Shown: piece by piece, positions 57,401 to 64,000 of the stretch
Numbering within the stretch: position 1 is the stretch's first letter
Layout: every line of letters starts with the position of its first letter
Assembly: GCF_009834535.1 (NCBI RefSeq)
Contig: NC_045720.1
Span: 496,001-560,000, forward strand
Direction of reading: 5' to 3'
Source: Camelus ferus
Lineage: Eukaryota
DNA length: 64,000 bases
Notes under the pieces: generated by a model
What the model was told of the DNA's origin: nothing
Database searches by the model: none
Seen by the model: only the letters and a program-made list of their open reading frames with translations
Made by a program: the position numbers and the translations under genes

Positions 57401-60400
57401 TGTGAGGCCAGTGAACAGCAAGTGGGCCTCGGACCCTCCTGAGGGTGGAGCAGGGAGGCAGACCTGGAGACCCTGAGGGACACCCTGCTGCCCCCATGCC
57501 CCTCCTGGGTCCTTGCTGCCCAGGAGGGCAAGGGGCCCTTTCTCAGCCTGGGGTCAGACCCCGCCTGGGTCCTGGTTCTCTGGGCAGGCGGCCGGAGAGG
57601 TGGGGGTTCTGCCGTGACCGAGCATGCCCTCTCCTCCCTCCTTCTGGCCAGCTGGAGGCTCCTGAAGGATTAAGGGGAGGAAATTTGGGGTTGGGTTTCT
57701 CTCTGAGTAGAACCTGCCGTTGTGACTTTTTATCCTGTTATATTTCTATCAGGTTGGACACAGCTCCCCTCTAGCCCTTAATGGCTCTGGCTTTGAGAAT
57801 TTCCTCCAAAATTACATGACTGCTTCCTGCTTTTCGGGTCCCTGGAGCCCATCTGTTCAGAGGAGGCGGATGGCTCTAGCCCTGCCCTGTGGGGGGCCCA
57901 TGTGGGCCTCGGCACCTGGCCTCTCCCGGGGGCCCAGGAGGGCATGGTCAGTGGGGGCCCTGGGCCTGCGCTGCGGGCTGGGAGGCCCAGGGCTGGCACC
58001 TGGCATCCCCGGCTGTGCTCTGGCCATCCGGAAGTAGGCTGCTGGCAGGGGGCACACAGAGCCGCCCCAACTTTCTTCTCTGTTGTGCCCATAGAACTCA
58101 CACCACTAAACTGTAATTGTCACCTGCAGGATTTTAATGGTCAGCCAGCTGTGCACAGTTCATGGAGAGGCCTGAATTGCCCTCCTCATGGGCAGGTGGG
58201 GCCTTTGGGGGAGGTGAGTGGGGGCAGTGGTGCGCAGCCAGGGGTCCTCCTGGTGTAAGCAGTGCTGTGAGGGCCGATGGTAGGGCTGGGGGCAGAGGCC
58301 TGGGGCCTCTCCTCTCATAGCTCATAGGGGCAGGAGTGGGCCTTGGGGTGGGCCCCCAGGGGTACACATGGCAGCGGCCATCTGGTCCACACCCTCAGGC
58401 CTGTCCAGACTTCCAGACCTGGGAACTCGCTCTGCCAGACAGTGGCCCTCGCTTACCCTCCTAGCATGTCCACTTCTCGGGGCTCTGTGGGTAGGGGCCG
58501 AGGGCACCTGAACACCTGGCAGGAGGTACAGGGAGGGGTGGCCCTGAGCCCTGGGAAGTGGGGGCCTTACCCAAGAACTGGGTGCCTCAGGCCCAGGGAG
58601 GACGGGTTGTGAAAAGAGAATAGCCCTGAGGGTGGAAGTGTGGGCTTGGGCTGCGGCTCAGTATAGATTTGGAACCGTTCAAGAGAACAGTGTGCATCCG
58701 TGTTTGAAAGATACTGTTTTTTTTTTTTTTTTTAATTATACAAAATTTCCAGACTTTATATTATCATATCAAAGACACAAGATGCCAGCACATAGTGACC
58801 AGAAGAAAGCCGGGAGGAAGCCAGCACGGAAAGTTCCAGTGGGCCTGGGCCAGTGCTGGGGCCAGCTCCGAGTCCTGCTGCCTGTCTGTCCATCCGCCCC
58901 CCTCATAGCAGGGGGTGGGGCTGGCCAGGGGGGCGCCCTCGGGGAGGCCTGTGCCCGAGTCAGGTCCATGGGGGCTCTCCGTGGACGGCCCAGCGGCATC
59001 CGCCTCTAGCTCCGAATCGCCGACTTTCTGTCTCGGTCCTTGCTCTGCAGAGGGGAGGGCGGTGTCAGGGCCTGGGCAGAGACCCAGTGCCAGCCTGCAC
59101 CTTTGGCTTCCCACTGGGTGCTGTCTCGGGTGGTGGGAGCCGAAAGCCCCCCTCCGTGCTCACCCCAGCTTCCCTGTGCAGTCTGGNNNNNNNNNNNNNN
59201 NNNNNNNNNNNNNNNNNNNNNNNNNNNNNNNNNNNNNNNNNNNNNNNNNNNNNNNNNNNNNNNNNNNNNNNNNNNNNNNNNNNNNNNNNNNNNNNNNNNN
59301 NNNNNNNNNNNNNNNNNNNNNNNNNNNNNNNNNNNNNNNNNNNNNNNNNNNNNNNNNNNNNNNNNNNNNNNNNNNNNNNNNTCCCGCAGCGTGGCCTTCT
59401 CCCAGCCCCCAGGTCTCCTGCCAGCCTCCTTCCTTTGGGTCCCACAGCTGCACTGACTGGGCAGCCCCAGAGGCAGGAAGGCAGGTGCCCCATAAGCCTT
59501 AGGCCAGTGGCAGGAGATGTGGCAGAGCAAATGGACCCCAGAGGCGTCTCCTTACTGCTCTGAGTCCCCTTCCCATGGGGGCATGGTGGGTGGCCCCAGT
59601 TGCTCGATCCAGCCTTGATCGGGTCCCCTAGCTTTTTCAAGGTTGGTGCCCACCCTGCCTTGGTCTCTTCCCCCATCTGGCCCTAGGTAGTCCTCTCTGG
59701 TCCCTGTGGGAGCCCTTGTCCAAGGGACTCTTGGGGAGAAGGCCCAGCCCTGCCAACTCCCGCTGAGTCCTCTGTGTGCTCCTCCCTCCCTGGGCCCAGG
59801 CTGACTGGGGTTACAGGTGCTGCTGGGGGACTCTGCCTGTCTCTGGTCCGATTCCCTCGCCTGGCAGGTGTGGGATGCCCAGCAGGTGTGGGCTGCAGGG
59901 TTGATTTGCAGGTTGGGTGCACCACATGGCCTCCCTTTCTGTGGATGCCCCACCACCGACACTCACCAACTTTCTCTGGTTGCTGAGGCAGAAGGTGCAG
60001 ATCTGTTTGGGCTGGGCGTTCTCGCCATCGCGGGCGGGTGGCGGCGGGGGCGGGGGCGGGGGCGGGGGCGGGGGGCTGCCGGCGCGCGCTGCGTGGAAGA
60101 AGGCGGGCCCCGAGTGGCACGGCTGCCCGTCGCCGCAGGCCTCGCCCACCAGCAGCACGTTGCCCAGGTGGGAGATGTAGCTGGAGGCCAGGCGCAGGGT
60201 CTCGATCTTGGAGAGCTTGCGGTCGGCCGGCTCGGTGGGGATGAGCGTGCGCAGCGCCGTGAAGGCTGTGTTCACGCTGTTGGTGCGGTCCCGCTCGCGC
60301 GCGTTCGCCGTGTGCCGCTGCCGGGGCTCGCGGCCCGGCCGCCCCCCGGCCCCCGGGCCGCCGCCGCCCCCCGCCCGCCGGCCCCCGGCCCGTCTCCGGG

Positions 60401-63400
60401 CACCCTGGAGGCCGCAGCGCGCCGCGTGCACGCGACAGGGCTTCTCGTCGGAGCCTGAGCTCTCGCTGCCACGGTCCTCGTCCTCCGACAGCGGGCTCAC
60501 CTCGGGGTACAGGTATCGGCCGGGTGGCGCCGAGCGCAGCATGGCGAAGGACATGGGGCCGGCGGCCGCCGTCAGCTCCGCCGCGCGCAGCGCATGCCGC
60601 CGCCGGCCGCCCGGGCCAGGGAGGCGCGGGTCTGGGGCTCCCGCGGTGGCGGCTGCGGCGCCGCGCGCACGTGTGCGTCCGGGCTGGAGCGGGGCCGCGG
60701 GCCGGGCCTTTATAGCGGCGGCGGCCCCTCCCCCGCGCTGGCCCGCCCTTCTCCCCGCCTCCCCGCCCCTGGAGGCCGCTTGGAGCAGGGGCCCTCTGTC
60801 CCTCTGCCTTCTCGCGCGGTGGTGAAGGGGCCAGGAGCATCTCGCTGTCTTTGAGGGGCGTGGGCGAAGTGGGAGCCCCTTTCTGGGTGGTACCGGGGCT
60901 GTGTGGCCTCCTCTCCTCCCTCTCGGCGGGGGACAGGCGGGTCAAGCAGGACCCATGACCCAGGCCTTCTTGCTTGGCATGACCGAGTTCAGCCAGCTGC
61001 CCTGGCCCCAGCGCCTGGCCACACCCTGTCTGTCTCTCCCGTGTACACTTGGGCCTTCTGTGCCAGGACGAGGGGGCCCCAGAGGAGCACTGAGGGGCTG
61101 GAGCTCAGCCCCATCCCCCCGTGGCCACTCCCCACAGGTTTGTGCGCGGGGTCTCCTGGTGGCACAGCTTGTCTGTCTTGCACCTGCCCTCTTCCAGCAT
61201 CAGGTGCACCGTCCAGGTCTGGCCCAGGCTGTATGTACTCTCTTCGCTGGCTCCTGCCTGCGCTCCTACTTTGGAGAACCCCACCCTTCGTTCCCCTGCT
61301 GAGTGCTCCTGAGGGATTTCTTTTTGAGCCACTGTCCCCCGAACCCTGGTCTGTTCAATTCAGGGATGGCTGTGTAGCGGTTCGCCCCCTTGCAGAGAAG
61401 GAAGGGCATTCCTAGCAGCGGGCAGGGGCACCTGAGGGATGGTCAAGCTGGGAGGACCTAAGTCGGCCAGTTAGGGGGTGGGCAGGTGTGGAGGGGCCAG
61501 CCCGGGGGCCTTTCCTGCTGCAAGAAGGGGGAACACAGGCTCCCAGCTGTGTTGTCTCCTCTGGGCCCCTCCCGCTGTGGCTACTGTTGCAGGAAGCGGC
61601 CGCCTGGGCAGCAGCCTGTGTGCTGGGTGGAGGGAGGGTGGTGGCTGGCAGGGGCCTAGACCAGGAATGTGTGTCCAGGAATGTGGCTGCTCTGCCCGCT
61701 GAGTGTGGGGTGGGGGACAGGGCTGGAGGCCTGGGGTGGGGGGTCCCTGAACGCTTGCAGGTCACACACGGTGGCTTCTGCCTCTGCTTGGAGTGGGATG
61801 GTGGGGTCTTGCCCGAGTCCCTCCCTGTGGCTACCCACTTTTGCCTAAGGCCCCCGCCAGGGGAGGGAGCCCACGGGCGATGAGGTCACCCTTGCCTGTG
61901 GCTGCCCAGAGCCCTGGCCAAGGAATCCAGGGGGGAGGCTCTGGGGCTGGCACCACTTCAGTGGAAAATGTGAAGGTGCAGCTCTGGCGCCTCTGAGGGT
62001 CGGGGGGAGGCGGGGGTGCAGTGCCGGCCGCCATGCCACGTCCCACCCCAGGGAGAAGGCGTGAGTCAGGGTGCCTGGGTGCTGCCCTGGCTGGTCCCTC
62101 TACTTTCACCTCTCCCCCTTCTCGTCTGTACCTTCTGGGGGGCTTGGAGGGAGGGGCGGGCACAGTGGGTGTCCGGTGCTGAAATGCTGGCCTACTGCCC
62201 CAGGACATCCGAAACACAGTGGGCAACGTGCCCTTGGAGTGGTATGATGACTTCCCCCACGTGGGCTACGACCTGGATGGCAGGCGCATCTATAAGCCCC
62301 TGCGTTCCCAGGACGAGCTGGACCAGTTTCTGGACAAAATGGACAACCCTGACTACTGGTAAGTGGGCGTGGGGTGGGGCCCGTCGGGGGGGTGGGGCGG
62401 GGAGCATGGACATGGCTCTGACAGGCAGCCCCCAGGCGCACGGTGCAGGACCGGACGACGGGTCACGGCATGAGGCTGACGGACGAGCAGGTGGCCCTGG
62501 TGCGGCGACTGCAGAGGGGCCAGTTTGGGGACGTGAGCTTCGATCCATATGAGGTAGGTGGCAGTAGCCAGCCCAGGGTTCTGGGGGTGCCCTCAGGGCC
62601 CTGGCCCACACGCTTCTGCTCATTCCCCCAGCCGGCTGTGGACTTCTTCAGTGGGGACCTCATGATCCACCCAGTGACCAACCGGCCTGCAGACAAGCGC
62701 AGCTTTATCCCATCCCTGGTGGAGAAGGAGAAGGTGGGTGCCGTGCTGCCCTCCAGATATGGACCCCCACCCCTGCCCTCACCTGCCCACCAGCCCTGAC
62801 CCCCATCTGTGCAGGTCTCCCGAATGGTGCACGCCATCAAGATGGGCTGGATCCAGCCTCGCCGGCCCCGGGACCACACCCCAAGCTTCTACGACCTGTG
62901 GGCCCAGGAGGACCCCAATGCCGTGCTGGGGCGCCACAAGATGCATGTGCCAGCTCCCAAGCTGGCCCTGCCCGGCCACGCAGAGTCCTACAACCCACCT
63001 CCCGAGTACCTGCCCAGCGAGGAGGAGGTGGGCCTGGTGCCGGGAGGGGTCTGGGCCCTGGCTCTTGGCCCTGGCTCCCTGCTCACCCCTGCCTCCACAG
63101 CGCCTGGCCTGGGAACAGCAGGAGCCCGATGAGAGAAAACTCGGCTTCCTTCCACGCAGCTTCCCAAGCCTGCGGGCTGTGCCTGCCTACGGCCGCTTCA
63201 TCCAGGAGCGCTTTGAGCGCTGCCTGGACCTCTACCTGTGCCCGCGGCAGCGCAAGATGAGAGTATGGGGGATGGCGGGGCTCCTGGGGGGTGGGGGGTG
63301 GGGGTGGGCACAGGTGGCCAACCCATGCTCTCCTGTGACAGGTGAACGTGGACCCCGAAGAACTCATCCCCAAACTGCCACGGCCACGGGACCTGCAGCC

Positions 63401-64000
63401 ATTCCCCACGTGCCAGGCCCTGGTAAGCTGATGGAGTGGCTGGGGGTACCCCTCCCCCAAAAAGTCCATCTCCTCACTGCTCCTTCTCTGCAGGTCTATA
63501 GGGGCCACAGCGACCTCGTCCGCTGCCTGAGCGTCTCCCCGGGTGGCCAGTGGTTGGCATCAGGTGGGCCTGAGGTAGGGGCAGCCCCACCGTGGGGGGC
63601 CATGCTGGGGGGGCCAGGCTCTGAGGGGCCGTCTGCTGTGTCCAGGTTCAGATGATGGCTCAGTGCGGCTCTGGGAGGTGGCCACTGCCCGCTGCATGAG
63701 GACTGTACCCGTGGGGGCTGTGGTGAGGAGTGTTGCCTGGAACCCCCAGCCTACCACTTGCCTGGTGGCCGTGGCTGTGTGAGTGGGAGGCCCGGGGATG
63801 CCTGGGGTGGTGGGGGGCAGGCCAGCACCTGAGGGGCTGCGTCTAGCTCTGGCTCTGGTTGCAGCGAGGATGCGGTGCTGCTGCTGAACCCGGCCCTGGG
63901 GGACCGCCTGGCGGTGGGCAGCACGGACCAGCTACTGAGCGCCTTCACCCAGCCCCAGGAGCCCGCAGCGCAGCCCGCGCGCTGGCTCGAAGCCTCAGAG
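42353..64000 (+). CDS. BOP1: Ribosome biogenesis protein BOP1 (PeBoW complex, WD40), 3' partial
   Basis: Exons: 42353-42469, 43979-44158, 51597-51677, 62204-62358, 62436-62553, 62632-62733, 62815-63027, 63101-63262, 63342-63422, 63494-63563, 63646-63778, and 63865 to the window end. Motifs: [52 protein letters not shown], and the first WD repeats. Confidence 0.96.
42386..42412 (+). repeat. (GCG)9 trinucleotide repeat encoding poly-Ala in BOP1 exon 1
   Basis: Uninterrupted GCG x9 after codon CCG. Confidence 0.95.
44715..44729. promoter_or_regulatory. Perfect heat-shock element (3 inverted nGAAn units)
   Basis: AGAAC ATTCT AGAAA, with a second 2-unit GTTCT GGAAG at 44767-44776. Motif match only. 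Confidence 0.45.
45194..45276 (-). mobile_element. Short tRNA-derived SINE (Vic-1-like, camelid type)
   Basis: Minus strand GGGGAGGGTACAGCTCAGTGGTAGAGTGCGTGCTTGG...GGTTCGATTCCCAGCACCTC followed by an A tail. A and B boxes present, shortened middle. Possible TSD TGAATAGAGTTT / TGAACAAAGTTT. Confidence 0.8.
47850..47891 (+). repeat. 21-bp tandem duplication
   Basis: ACCCTGGACGTTGGCCTCGTC ACCCTGGACGTTGGCCTCATC, one mismatch. Confidence 0.9.
55316..55330. promoter_or_regulatory. Perfect heat-shock element motif
   Basis: CGAAG TTTCT AGAAG, with an extra CTTCA GGAAG dyad at 55338-55347. Motif match only. Confidence 0.35.
58731..58736 (-). terminator. Probable SCX poly(A) signal ATTAAA
   Basis: ATTAAA on the minus strand ~270 nt after the SCX stop, followed by a genomic A run. 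Confidence 0.55.
59006..60554 (-). CDS. SCX: Scleraxis bHLH transcription factor, nested antisense in BOP1 intron 3
   Basis: Exon 1 is 59967-60554 ([18 protein letters not shown]...[53 protein letters not shown]...[12 protein letters not shown]). Exon 2 is 59006-59044 ([12 protein letters not shown]). 208 aa. Confidence 0.98.
60709..60714 (-). promoter_or_regulatory. SCX TATA box
   Basis: TATAAA on the minus strand ~155 bp upstream of the ATG, within a CpG island. Confidence 0.7.

Noticed and set aside
59683-60945. 420-aa plus-strand ORF overlapping SCX
   Set aside because: Antisense shadow of a GC-rich coding exon and CpG island.

Overview
Mammalian euchromatic, GC-rich window syntenic with human 8q24.3, shown in reverse orientation. 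Gene order: SCRT1 (+, 2 exons, zinc fingers mostly in an N gap); DGAT1 (+, 17 exons, with an apparent 1-bp insertion in the last exon); HSF1 (-, 13 exons plus the 84-nt gamma cassette exon); BOP1 (+, head-to-head with HSF1, exons 1-12, runs off the right end); and SCX (-, nested in BOP1 intron 3). Exon boundaries were placed by hand from GT-AG sites and remembered orthologous proteins. A short tRNA-derived SINE, a cetartiodactyl-type L1 3' end and no recognisable Alu/B1/Bov-tA/PRE1 suggest a camelid (inference). Most interesting non-standard signals: (1) a diverged ~340-bp copy of HSF1's own 3' end and poly(A) region inside HSF1 intron 1; (2) a BORCS5 processed pseudogene with target-site duplications in the same intron; (3) perfect heat-shock elements in BOP1 introns, one ~2.7 kb upstream of the HSF1 start codon; (4) tandem REST/RE1 sites before SCRT1; (5) a (GCG)9 poly-Ala tract in BOP1 exon 1; (6) a solo LTR just upstream of DGAT1. 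No alignments or database searches were run. Repeat family names and orthologue comparisons are from memory. No prokaryote-type system (CRISPR, operon) is present.
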